Below, one piece after another: positions 47,119 to 55,845 of a stretch of DNA of 64,000 nt (the stretch's first letter is position 1; every line of letters starts with the position of its first letter). The stretch is taken from positions 3,676-67,675 of the forward strand of contig JAKAUN010000002.1 in the NCBI GenBank assembly GCA_021817605.1, in the 5' to 3' direction. The DNA is from Thermoplasmata archaeon (GTDB taxonomy: Archaea > Thermoplasmatota > Thermoplasmata > Lutacidiplasmatales > UBA184). The notes below the pieces were generated by a model. It made no database searches. It worked only from the letters and a program-made list of their open reading frames with translations, and was not told the origin of the DNA. Both the position numbers and the translations under genes were made by a program.

Positions 47119-48141
47119 TCAGCCCGGGGTCGGCTGGCGAACGACGGCCTTGCGCCCGTAGCGCCAGGACCCCTCGATGGCGTAGAGGCGCCGCAGCCTC
47201 GTGTCGACCCGGCCGCCTAGCCGGATCTCACCCGGCTCCGTATCGGTGAGGGCCACCGTGGCTCGGAGACCGTCGGCGAGCGCGACGAGCGCCACCCCGT
47301 AGGGCCCGACAGCGGCGACCTGCTCGTCGAACTCGGTAGGCTGGCCTCCGGGGCCGATCCAGGTGAGCGCGACGACCTCGAGCCCGTCTCGGGGGAGCGA
47401 CTCCGCGGTGAGCGTGTCCGCCCGGCCGCAGCGGCGGCAGCGACCCCGGGAAGGGAAGCTGAGTGTCGAGCAGGAGCGGCATCTCTCGCCGGAGAACCTC
47501 CAGCGGCTGGCGACGGCCTCGAGGTAGCTCGCCCGCGGGACGTAGGCGCCCTCGGAGACGGCCGCCGACGGGAACGCCGGCGGTCCCTGGGGGGGCGGAG
47601 GACGTCCCACGGCAGGGCTAGCCGCCCAGTCGCCCACCCAAGCTTTCGCCGCGGCTGCGTCGGCCCGTTGGGCGATCGGGACGAGCGCGGCGAGCTCCTG
47701 CCCCGGGAGGGGAGCTGTCCCCGCGGGGAGAAGGCTCGCCGTCGAGGAAGGGAGCTCGTCGACCAGGAGGGCAAAGGCCCCCTCGCCCGGGGGCGGGACG
47801 GCCGACGCGGGGGAGCCCGAGGCCTCCTCCACGGCACCGACCAGCAGTTCCGGTCCGGCTCCGTGGGAGGCACGTTCGAGGGCGTCGGCAAGGGGGGAGG
47901 CGGTCGGGTCGGGCGCGGGAACCACCGTCACGCTCTCGCCGAGGATCCCGGCAAGCAGCTCCGGAGGGAGGGCCCGTGCGGCGCCGACTTCCCGGATCGT
48001 CCAGGCGGGTGGCCTCGAGGTGCTGCCGGCTAGTAGCCGCTCAAGCGCCGTCGCCACCAGCGTGAAGGCGTCCTCGTCCCAGGAGCGGACGCGGCGCCGG
48101 CCGTCGGTGCGGGTGGGGAGGTAGGCGGCGGCCCGCAGCAC
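47119..48141 (-). CDS. DUF35 OB-fold/zinc-ribbon protein with ~200-aa low-complexity N-terminal extension
   Basis: C-terminal CRSCSTLSFPSRGRCRRCG zinc ribbon plus OB fold. The N-terminus AAAYLPTRTDGRRRVRSWDEDAFTLVATALERLL recalls the start of HMG-CoA synthase, but the rest is an A/P/S-rich linker. Confidence 0.7.
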   Translation of the reverse strand: MLRAAAYLPTRTDGRRRVRSWDEDAFTLVATALERLLAGSTSRPPAWTIREVGAARALPPELLAGILGESVTVVPAPDPTASPLADALERASHGAGPELLVGAVEEASGSPASAVPPPGEGAFALLVDELPSSTASLLPAGTAPLPGQELAALVPIAQRADAAAAKAWVGDWAASPAVGRPPPPQGPPAFPSAAVSEGAYVPRASYLEAVASRWRFSGERCRSCSTLSFPSRGRCRRCGRADTLTAESLPRDGLEVVALTWIGPGGQPTEFDEQVAAVGPYGVALVALADGLRATVALTDTEPGEIRLGGRVDTRLRRLYAIEGSWRYGRKAVVRQPTPG

Positions 48142-48157
48142 CCCGCGCGTCGTCCTC

Positions 48158-49321
48158 TCACCCCACCGAGTAGATCGTCACGGCGCAGGTCGCCCCGGCC
48201 CCGCCGACATTGTGCGTGAGCGCGCTTCGGGCCCCCGGGACCTGGCGGGGGCCGGCGCTCCCGCGGAGCTGGTGGAAGACCTCGTAGGCCTGAGAGACGC
48301 CCGTCGCTCCGATCGGATGGCCCTTGGCCTTGAGCCCCCCGTCGGGGTTGACAGGGATCCGGCCGTCGCGGCGCGTCGCCCCCGAGAGGGTGAGGGCTCC
48401 GGCCTCCCCACGGCCGGCGAAGCCGAGGTCCTCGAGGGCGAGGAGCTCGGCGATCGTGAAGCAGTCATGGACCTCGAGGAAGGAGATCGACCCACGCTCG
48501 GCCCCGGCGGAGCGGAAGGCGGTCTCGGCGGCCCGTCGGCTCGCCTCGAAGCCGGTGAGCTCGGCCCGCTCCTGCACGGCGAGGCGGTCGGAGGCCGCCC
48601 CGATCCCGTCGACGTAGACCGGCGTGTCGGTGTACCGTTTCGCCGTTTCGGTCGAGGCGAGGAGGACGGCGGCGGCCCCGTCGCTCACCGGACAGCAGTC
48701 GTAGAGCCCGAGCGGATCGGCGACCCGGGGGCTGCGCAGGGCCTGTTCGCGCTCGATGCGCTTCTGGAAGTGCGCGTTCGGGTTGAGCGCGCCGTTCTCG
48801 TGGTTCTTGACCGCGACCTCGGCGAGGGCCTCGCGCCCGAGCCGGTAGCGGTCGAGATAGGCCGAGGCGAGAAGCCCGTAGACCCCGGCGAAGGTGAGCC
48901 CGGCCTGGCGCTCCCACTCGGTGTCGCCCGAGACACCGAGCCAGAAGCGGCGGCGGGCGTTGGAGACGTCGGTCATCTTCTCGAGGCCCGCGACGAGGAC
49001 GAGGTCGGCCGACCCCGAGGCGATGGCGTGGACCGCCTCGTGAAGCGCAAAGCCGCCGGACGCGCAGGCGTTCTCGACCCGGACGCAGGCCAGCCCGGGG
49101 ACGCCGAGCTCCTCGGCGAGCAGGGCGGAGGAGTTGCCGATCTGCCAGCCGCCGAAGCCCAGCGACGCGAGGTAGCTGCGGTCCACCGCCGACGGCTCGA
49201 AAGCGCGGTCGACGCTGCCGAGCGCCTGGCGCACCGCGCTCCCCAGAAGGGCCCGGGGTCCCTCGGGAAGGACGCCGAACCGGGTGTGCCCCGCCCCGAC
49301 GATCGCCGCGCGATGCACCAC
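48158..49321 (-). CDS. Archaeal acetyl-CoA C-acetyltransferase (thiolase)
   Basis: 387 aa. AAIVGAGHTRFG, NACASGGFALHEA (Cys active site), GHPIGATGVSQ, NVGGAGATCAVTI. Confidence 0.9.
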   Translation of the reverse strand: MVHRAAIVGAGHTRFGVLPEGPRALLGSAVRQALGSVDRAFEPSAVDRSYLASLGFGGWQIGNSSALLAEELGVPGLACVRVENACASGGFALHEAVHAIASGSADLVLVAGLEKMTDVSNARRRFWLGVSGDTEWERQAGLTFAGVYGLLASAYLDRYRLGREALAEVAVKNHENGALNPNAHFQKRIEREQALRSPRVADPLGLYDCCPVSDGAAAVLLASTETAKRYTDTPVYVDGIGAASDRLAVQERAELTGFEASRRAAETAFRSAGAERGSISFLEVHDCFTIAELLALEDLGFAGRGEAGALTLSGATRRDGRIPVNPDGGLKAKGHPIGATGVSQAYEVFHQLRGSAGPRQVPGARSALTHNVGGAGATCAVTIYSVG

Positions 49322-49387
49322 GTCTTCCCCGTTGCACGAACCGTCTTAACGCCTCAGTCGCTGCGCCGGCCGGGCAGCGGGGCCAGG

Positions 49388-49963
49388 GTGGGCGACGATC
49401 GTCCGTTGGTCGTGGGAGTCACGGGAGCGAGCGGAGCCCCGATCGCCGTGCGGGTCCTCGAGGCCCTGCAAGGGGCCGGCGTGCCGGTCGCCCTCGTCCT
49501 CTCGGAGGCCGGGCGGGCGGTCCTCCGGGCCGAGACCGACCTCGAGCCGCTCGCCGTCGAGCACCTCGCGGGCGTCACCTACCGCGACGACGACATCGCC
49601 GCCCCGATCGCCAGCGGCTCGCGCGCCACCCGAGGGATGGTCGTGGTTCCCTGCTCGGCGTCGACCGCGGCGAAGATCGCCGTCGGGCTCGCCGACACCC
49701 TGCTGACCCGGACCGCCTTCGTCCACCTCAAGGAGCGACGGCCGCTCGTCCTGGTTCCCCGCGAGACGCCGATGCCCAGTGTCCTCCTGAGGCACCTCGC
49801 CGCGCTCAGCGAGATGGGGGCCGTCGTCCTGCCGGTGAGTCCCCCTTACTACCTGCGGCCGAGGTCGCTCGCGGACCTCACCGACTACATGGCCGGCAAG
49901 GTCCTCGACCACGTCGGAGTGCCGCACCAGCTCTACCGTGGCTGGCGCGAGCCCGAGGAGTAG
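49388..49963 (+). CDS. ubiX: Flavin prenyltransferase UbiX-like (prenyl-FMN synthase)
   Basis: GTG start. PLVVGVTGASGAPIAVRVLEAL...VALVLSEAGRAVL...MVVVPCSASTAAKIAVGLADTLLTR. Confidence 0.85.
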   Translation: MGDDRPLVVGVTGASGAPIAVRVLEALQGAGVPVALVLSEAGRAVLRAETDLEPLAVEHLAGVTYRDDDIAAPIASGSRATRGMVVVPCSASTAAKIAVGLADTLLTRTAFVHLKERRPLVLVPRETPMPSVLLRHLAALSEMGAVVLPVSPPYYLRPRSLADLTDYMAGKVLDHVGVPHQLYRGWREPEE

Positions 49964-49965
49964 GG

Positions 49966-50562
49966 ATGAGCGCACGGGTCCCCTCGCGCTCGAAAAGCCC
50001 GGCCGACCCGCTCGGTCGCTACGCGCCCGCGCCGTTCGTCGCGGCCAGCGCGGTGCTCGTCCTGCTCATCGTCTTCACCCCGGTCCTTTTGTCGACGGGG
50101 CCGAGCCCTCTGCTCACGCAGGGGGAGCTCACCATCGACCGCGTCGCGGGCCAGAACTGGACGAAGTTCTGGGTCATGCCGCTCGACCCGCACGCGGTCC
50201 TCTACCGGTCGATCACGCTCGCCGTCGGCACGGGATTCAGCTGGAACGGCACCTGCCCGACCTCTCCGCTCTCCTGGAGCACCACCTCCGACACGCAGAC
50301 CCACGCCCTCAGCGTAAACACGACCGCGGACCCGGTCGTGGTGAACGCGACCGCGGTCTACGCGATGGGCGCCGGACGCACGGTCTACGCCGGGGAGTAC
50401 GCCTTCGATGTGGTGAACCCCGGCGGCCCGAGCCCGACGATGCTCATGGTGCCGTGCACCTCCGCGACCCCGGGAGCCACCGTTCCGGAGCCCTCGGTCG
50501 CGGTGACCAACGCTTCGATCACCTTCGGCCTCGTCAACTACGGCAGCGGAGGGGTCCCGTGA
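49966..50562 (+). CDS. Signal-anchored secreted/membrane protein with N-x-S/T sequons
   Basis: N-terminal TM (FVAASAVLVLLIVFTPVLL) then a T/S-rich ectodomain (NWT, NGT, NTT, NAT, NAS). Confidence 0.5.
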   Translation: MSARVPSRSKSPADPLGRYAPAPFVAASAVLVLLIVFTPVLLSTGPSPLLTQGELTIDRVAGQNWTKFWVMPLDPHAVLYRSITLAVGTGFSWNGTCPTSPLSWSTTSDTQTHALSVNTTADPVVVNATAVYAMGAGRTVYAGEYAFDVVNPGGPSPTMLMVPCTSATPGATVPEPSVAVTNASITFGLVNYGSGGVP

Positions 50563-50930
50563 GGCCGGGGAGGGCCGTTCTCGTCGTCTGGAGCGTCGTC
50601 GTGGGGGTCCTCGTGATCCTCGAGGTCGCGGAGGTGACCCGGGTGTTCACGGTCCCCATCGCCCGCGCCGTCGCCGACCCGCTCGTGCTGCTCGTCTCCC
50701 TTCTGTTCACGACGGTCATCGCGGTGGTCGGGGCGATCTTCGTCGGGATCTCGATGTCGGCGCGCCTGCTCAATCCCCGGGGATTCACCCCCTTCGAGGA
50801 AGAGATGCTCCGGATGCGCGCCGACCTCCTCGAAGTCAAGCGGTCGGTCGAGGAGGTCCTCCGGCGGGAGGGGGCCTCGCCGCCGACGGCTCCGCCGCGC
50901 GACCCGCCGAGGCCAGGAGACCGCCGGTGA
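50559..50930 (+). CDS. Small 2-TM membrane protein
   Basis: GTG overlapping the previous stop (GTGA). Two hydrophobic helices and a charged C-terminus. Confidence 0.45.
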   Translation: MRPGRAVLVVWSVVVGVLVILEVAEVTRVFTVPIARAVADPLVLLVSLLFTTVIAVVGAIFVGISMSARLLNPRGFTPFEEEMLRMRADLLEVKRSVEEVLRREGASPPTAPPRDPPRPGDRR

Positions 50931-51490
50931 AGGTCCCCGTCATCGACAACGGCGGGCAGTGGACGCATCGGGAGTACCGGGTCCTCCGCGACCTGGGCTC
51001 GGAGAGCCGGATCGTCCCGAACACGACCCCGCTCGAAGAGCTCGACGCGGACGGCATCGTCCTCTCGGGAGGCGCGCTCAGCCTGGAGGGCTCCGAGGCA
51101 CCTCTCGGGCGGGTCGACGAGTGGATCGACCGGGCCACCGTGCCGGTCCTGGCGATCTGCCTCGGTCACGAGTTCCTCGGCCGCCACTTCGGCGGGACGG
51201 TCGCTGGCGGCGGCGCGGAGTTCGGCTCGGTCGAGCTGACCGTCGACCGCCCGGACCACCCGCTCTTTCTCGGCCTACCGAACCGTCTCACCGTCTGGGC
51301 GAGCCACAACGACCAGGTCGTCCGGGCGCCTCCGGGCTGGTCGATCCTCGCGCACTCGGCCGCCTGCCCGATCGAGGCGATGGCCAGCCCCGACCGGCCC
51401 CTCTGGGGGCTGCAGTTCCACCCGGAGGTCGAGCACACCCAGGGCGGCAAGGAGATCTTCCGCCACTTCCTCGAGGCCTGTCGCCGCTGA
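50927..51490 (+). CDS. guaAA: GMP synthase glutamine amidotransferase subunit A
   Basis: GTG overlapping the previous stop. VPVIDNGGQWTHREYRVLRDLG...VLAICLGHEFLG...GLQFHPEVEHT, a class I GATase triad context. Confidence 0.9.
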   Translation: MKVPVIDNGGQWTHREYRVLRDLGSESRIVPNTTPLEELDADGIVLSGGALSLEGSEAPLGRVDEWIDRATVPVLAICLGHEFLGRHFGGTVAGGGAEFGSVELTVDRPDHPLFLGLPNRLTVWASHNDQVVRAPPGWSILAHSAACPIEAMASPDRPLWGLQFHPEVEHTQGGKEIFRHFLEACRR

Positions 51491-51545
51491 CCGGCCACGG
51501 TGCCCTCTCGCTATGTAGGGCTCACCGCTCGGGCCTGCAGGTCGG

Positions 51546-53111
51546 ATGGCGCGGATCCGAAGAGGCTCCACAGTCCGGGAGGCGGACCTCCTTTCGCGAG
51601 CCAAGGCGCTGAGGTCGAGCGTCGAGCCGCTGCTCCCGCGGCTCACCGCCGAGTGCCCGACCGAGCGGTTCGACCGTCTTCGGCAGGAGCTCGAGGAGGT
51701 CCGGGCCGCACGCGAGGACGACAAGCGGCTCACGCGTCTCTCCCGCTGGGGGGATCCTCTCGCCCGGGCCTACGCCGGCCTGCTCAAGTTCGCCCTCGAA
51801 CCGACGGCGCCCGCGGTGGTCGCCTTCGAGATCCCGGGTGGCGAGGTCTCCTTCGCGCCGCTCGCCCGCACCGACCGGGAGGCAGAGGTCGCGGTGCAAC
51901 AGTCGGACGACCCGGGACGCCTGCTCCTCGGCTACCTCACCTGGGGGAAACGCGGCTTTCACTTCTTCGCGACCCGCAAGACGCTCTGGTGCACGGGACG
52001 CTCGCCGACCCCTCCTGAGGAGTTCCTCGCGGAACGGATCGCCGAGCAGCCGTACCGCCTCATCGAGAACGCTGCGGAACGACGGTTCGACTGCCCGCAC
52101 CTTTCCAGCGGAGAGCCTCGACCCTACCTCGAGGTCGGCTGGGTCGGCGCGGACCGGCGGTTCCGGGTCTGCCGCCGCTGCGCGAAGGAGGGCCGTCAGC
52201 TGCTCTCGAGCCTGTCGGAAGGGGCGCTCGGGCCGGACCCCGTCGCGGAGTTCCCCGTCGCGGCCTCGCTCAACGTCCGCTGCTCCGGCGGGCAGGCGTG
52301 CGTGCACGCCGTCCTCCCGGAGCTGCCCCGCCCGCTCCGCCAGAGCTACGAGCGAGGGCGCCTTTCGGACGCGCAGCTGATCGACGAGTACCTCCTCGAG
52401 CTCAGGCCGCGTCTCGAGCGGGTGAGCCGGCCGACGTTCGTTGCCGGCGGGGTCTGCTACGGCTCCGATCTCTCGGGCTTTCTCCAGGCACTAGATCCCA
52501 CCCCGGCCGAACGGGCCGCGCTCGAGACGGTCCTCGGCGGACGCCCCGGGCTCTTTGAGGTGGACGAGCCGTCCGCGAGCCGGGCGCTCGAGAAGCTCTG
52601 GGCGTCGCACGCGGAGGAGATCGTCTCGGCGATCGTCCACGACCCGAAGGAGGCCCGACGGCTCGTCGACCAAGCCCGCGGCGCCCCGGGGCGCGTCGCG
52701 GAGATCCTCAAGCGCGCCCAGCGCCAGAGCGAGACCCGGGAGCTTCTGGGGACCTTGCCACAGTACGCTTCGCTCGCCCCCGAGGCCGCGTGGGCGGACC
52801 GGATCGCCCGCGTCCATCGCACCGGAGGGGATGCGGCCGCCGAGCGCGCCGTCACCGAGTCGCTCCCCCGCGAGGGCAAGACCCGCGGGCTCGCCTACGG
52901 GATGCTCCTCGCCATCGGGCGGACCGGCCCGCATGCCTGGCAGTTCTCCCCGACGGAGAAGGAGTTCGGCCAGTCGCTCGAGCCGCGGGCCCGTGCGCTC
53001 CTCGGCTCGACGCCGGAGGGCTACCACGAGGCGCTCGGCGCCCTCCTTACCGCCGCCGGCGTCGCGGGGTGGGGAACTCTGGCGGCTCCCAACGTTCCGC
53101 GCGAAGGGTAG
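51546..53111 (+). CDS. Conserved hypothetical cytoplasmic protein, 521 aa, with central Cys-rich segment
   Basis: Protein-like composition throughout. Cys cluster FDCPHLSSGE...RVCRRCAKEG...VRCSGGQACVHA. No family recognised. Confidence 0.55.
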   Translation: MARIRRGSTVREADLLSRAKALRSSVEPLLPRLTAECPTERFDRLRQELEEVRAAREDDKRLTRLSRWGDPLARAYAGLLKFALEPTAPAVVAFEIPGGEVSFAPLARTDREAEVAVQQSDDPGRLLLGYLTWGKRGFHFFATRKTLWCTGRSPTPPEEFLAERIAEQPYRLIENAAERRFDCPHLSSGEPRPYLEVGWVGADRRFRVCRRCAKEGRQLLSSLSEGALGPDPVAEFPVAASLNVRCSGGQACVHAVLPELPRPLRQSYERGRLSDAQLIDEYLLELRPRLERVSRPTFVAGGVCYGSDLSGFLQALDPTPAERAALETVLGGRPGLFEVDEPSASRALEKLWASHAEEIVSAIVHDPKEARRLVDQARGAPGRVAEILKRAQRQSETRELLGTLPQYASLAPEAAWADRIARVHRTGGDAAAERAVTESLPREGKTRGLAYGMLLAIGRTGPHAWQFSPTEKEFGQSLEPRARALLGSTPEGYHEALGALLTAAGVAGWGTLAAPNVPREG

Positions 53112-53194
53112 GCAGAAATAGAGCCGATCGCCTATTCGACGCCGTCTGCCGTCCGGGGACCCGGGTCGGGCCGGTAGCGGCAGGCGCTAGGACG

Positions 53195-53596
53195 GTGCGC
53201 GCTGCGGAGTCGGGAGGCCCCAGTGCGGTCGTCGCGGCGGGAGACGAGGAGACTCGCATCCTGCTGCGGGGCCTGCTTCGGCTCCATCACGTGCGGGTCG
53301 AAGGAGAGGCGCGCAACGCTTCCGTGGCTCTCGAGCTGCTTCGGCGCGTCCGTCCGTCGCTGCTCGTGCTCGACGTCGATCTTGCCGACGGCGGCTTCGA
53401 GAAGCTCTTGGCCGGCGCCCGCGCGCAGCTTCCCGGCCTCAGGATCGTCCTGGTCGCCCCGTCCTCCCGTCCCCCGCCGGCCCTGCCCGACGGCCCCGCG
53501 CCGGACGTGACGCTCCTGCGCCCGTTCCGCATTCGGGCCTTCGCCGAGGCGATCGCCCCGTCGGCCGGCGGCGCCCCGCCCGGCCCTCCTCCCTAG
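53195..53596 (+). CDS. Stand-alone response-regulator receiver (CheY-like) domain protein
   Basis: AVVAAGDEETRILLRGLLRLHHVRVEGEARNASVALELLRRVRPSLLVLDVDLADGGFEKLLAGARAQLPGLRIVLVAP follows the receiver pattern with a phospho-acceptor Asp in LLVLDVDL. GTG start chosen. Confidence 0.55.
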   Translation: MRAAESGGPSAVVAAGDEETRILLRGLLRLHHVRVEGEARNASVALELLRRVRPSLLVLDVDLADGGFEKLLAGARAQLPGLRIVLVAPSSRPPPALPDGPAPDVTLLRPFRIRAFAEAIAPSAGGAPPGPPP

Positions 53597-54360
53597 AGCT
53601 TGCGGAACCGGGCGAGAGCGGCGTCCTCCTCGAAGTGGAGGGTCGGCGCGAGGACGACCACGCAGTGCATCGGCGGGCCAAAGTCGCGGCCGACCAGGCG
53701 CGCGAAGGTCCCGACGTAGCCTCGTGCCTCCGGGCGGCCGACCCGGGCGGCCACGGCGAGCTCCTCGTCGTCGCCGACGACCTTCCCGTCGGGATCGCGC
53801 TCGCGCAGGAGCGCGAGCGCCCTGCCCGCCAGGAGGAACTCTCCGCGCTCGGGGGCGAGGTCGAGCAGGAGGAGGGTGTGCAGCCCCGCGCGACGGTTCT
53901 CGGCGATCCGCTCGAGAGGCGAGGTCGGGGAGAACCTCGGATCCGGTAGAGGCAGCGAGACCGGCCGGCCGAACCGGTAATGCATGAGCCCGAGGAAACC
54001 GGCCGCCGCGGAGAGGATCGAGGCGTTCGGAAGGTAGCTCCAGGTGTGGCCGGCGCGCTCGGCCGCGAGCCGCAGCGCGACATGCGTGGTCGCCGCGAAC
54101 GGGTCGCCGACCGCGAGGAGCGCCACGGAGGCCGAGCGCCCGAGAGCGGCGAGCACCGGTGCCTCCCCCTCGAGCGCCCCCCGCGCGAGAGTGACGATCG
54201 GCCGTCCGAGCTCCTGCGACAGGCGGTCCATCGACCCCGGGGCGGCGACCGCGGTGTACTCCTCGGCGAAGACCTCCGAGCGGGAAAGGACCTCGAGGGC
54301 CCGGCGCGAGAGCCCGCGCTCGTCATCCAGGCCCAGCCCGACGAACCAGAGCTCGGACAC
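53593..54360 (-). CDS. dphB: Diphthine synthase
   Basis: MSELWFVGLGLDDERGLSRRALEVLSRSEVFAEEYTAV..., tetrapyrrole-methylase fold. Confidence 0.85.
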   Translation of the reverse strand: MSELWFVGLGLDDERGLSRRALEVLSRSEVFAEEYTAVAAPGSMDRLSQELGRPIVTLARGALEGEAPVLAALGRSASVALLAVGDPFAATTHVALRLAAERAGHTWSYLPNASILSAAAGFLGLMHYRFGRPVSLPLPDPRFSPTSPLERIAENRRAGLHTLLLLDLAPERGEFLLAGRALALLRERDPDGKVVGDDEELAVAARVGRPEARGYVGTFARLVGRDFGPPMHCVVVLAPTLHFEEDAALARFRKL

Positions 54361-54377
54361 GGCCGCTCGGCCCCTCG

Positions 54378-55181
54378 CTAGGCCCGCACGGCCATCACCG
54401 GGCAGGGAGCCGCCCTAAAGAGCGCCTCGAGGAAACGCCGCGTCAGCAGCCGCCCGCCGGCGAACTCCTCCTCGCCGACGATCACCAGCCCGTAGCGCTC
54501 CGCCGCGGCGGCCTGGAGCATGAGCTCGGGGAGGCGGCGGCGTCGGCCGAGCATCGCGGAGGGGAGCGGGCTGACGCGCCTCATGATCGGCACCCCTCGC
54601 GCGGTCCAGTCCTCGCCCGGGGCGGCCGCGGCCCGTCCGGCCGACGCTCCGACCGCGAGCGCGATCACCTGGACCCCGCCGGCCTTGACCGAGAGCTCCT
54701 CGGCGAGGGCGAGCGCCCGCGGCGGGGGGCTCTCGCGGAACGTGGGCAAAAGGATGCGCGGGAGAGCGTCGGTCGCCAGGGCGAGGCGGTTGACGACCAG
54801 CACGTTGGCGCGGGCGTGCTGGAGCAGCGCGCTCGCCGTCCGGCCGACGAACGGGTTGCGGCTGCGCCGGTCGCCTCGCAGCGTGAAGAGGATGGCATCG
54901 ACCCCGTGGGCCTCGGCGCTCTCGAGGATCTCCCCCGCGACGTCGGAGGCCGCGCGCACCTCGGGCTCGACGCGGATGTCGAGGACGGCGCCGGCCTCGT
55001 GCGCGGGGACGACCAGGTTGACGGACGCCCGCCACTCGCGCGTCACCTCCGGGAGGGTCGTGGTCGGGATGACGTGGAGCACGCGCACCTCGCCGTCCGG
55101 CTCCAGCAGCCGGGAAGCGAAGCGGACGAGCGGCTCGACCTCGGCTGCGACCTGGACGGGGACGAGGATCTTGCGGTACAC
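54378..55181 (-). CDS. Tandem universal stress protein (UspA) domain protein
   Basis: Two USP-like halves (MYRKILVPVQVAAE...ANVLVV and LPRILLPTFRESPP...CPVMAV). Confidence 0.8.
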   Translation of the reverse strand: MYRKILVPVQVAAEVEPLVRFASRLLEPDGEVRVLHVIPTTTLPEVTREWRASVNLVVPAHEAGAVLDIRVEPEVRAASDVAGEILESAEAHGVDAILFTLRGDRRSRNPFVGRTASALLQHARANVLVVNRLALATDALPRILLPTFRESPPPRALALAEELSVKAGGVQVIALAVGASAGRAAAAPGEDWTARGVPIMRRVSPLPSAMLGRRRRLPELMLQAAAAERYGLVIVGEEEFAGGRLLTRRFLEALFRAAPCPVMAVRA

Positions 55182-55182
55182 G

Positions 55183-55845
55183 CTAGCACTTCCCTACGAG
55201 GCTCAGCAGAGCCATGTCGAGCTCAAGAACGTTCACGAAGGACTCGCCGAGGTAGGGAAGGGGTGGGGAGCTAATGTGGGCGTTCACCAGCGCGAGGACC
55301 TCCGCGACGGAGAGGTTGTTCTCCTGGGCGACCCGGGGGACCTGGACGAGGACGGCCTCGGGGACGAGGTCGGGGTCGACGGAGGAGGCGGACGGAGCGG
55401 CGTACCAGAAGGGGACGGTCGCATTGACCGAGAGGTTGCCGTAGAGACGCATGTAGTCGATCGTCTCGTTGAGCAGGCGGCCAAGAGCCGGGTCGCTCGG
55501 CCCGGGAGGGACCGCGGCGCCGAGAGTGGTGTTGTAGTCGGTGAGCGACGGACGGGCCCAGAACAGCGACGGGCCGAGCGTGCCGGCCGAGAGGTTCTGC
55601 GCGATGTCGACCGAGCCGACCACGGTCCCGTTCGGGCAGCGCAGCAGCGAGCCGCCGGCGCTCCCCGGGACCAGGAGCTCCGCCACGGCGCTCACCGCCA
55701 GCGGGTAGACGACGCCGGAGAGGAGGAGGGCGAGGACGAGGAAGATCCCGGCGGCCCGTGCGTGGGTCCTCAGCCGGTGCTCGGTCGGGACCGCCGGCTC
55801 GGTGGGCGGGCCGAGAGGCGCCGGCGGGCCCCGCGGGGCGCTCAC
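55183..55845 (-). CDS. kdpC: K+-transporting ATPase subunit C
   Basis: GTG overlapping the kdpB stop (GTGA). After a Pro-rich 25-aa N-terminus: AAGIFLVLALLLSGVVYPLAVSAVAELLVPGSAGGSLLRCPNGTVVGSVDIAQNLS is the KdpC signature. Confidence 0.8.
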   Translation of the reverse strand: MSAPRGPPAPLGPPTEPAVPTEHRLRTHARAAGIFLVLALLLSGVVYPLAVSAVAELLVPGSAGGSLLRCPNGTVVGSVDIAQNLSAGTLGPSLFWARPSLTDYNTTLGAAVPPGPSDPALGRLLNETIDYMRLYGNLSVNATVPFWYAAPSASSVDPDLVPEAVLVQVPRVAQENNLSVAEVLALVNAHISSPPLPYLGESFVNVLELDMALLSLVGKC

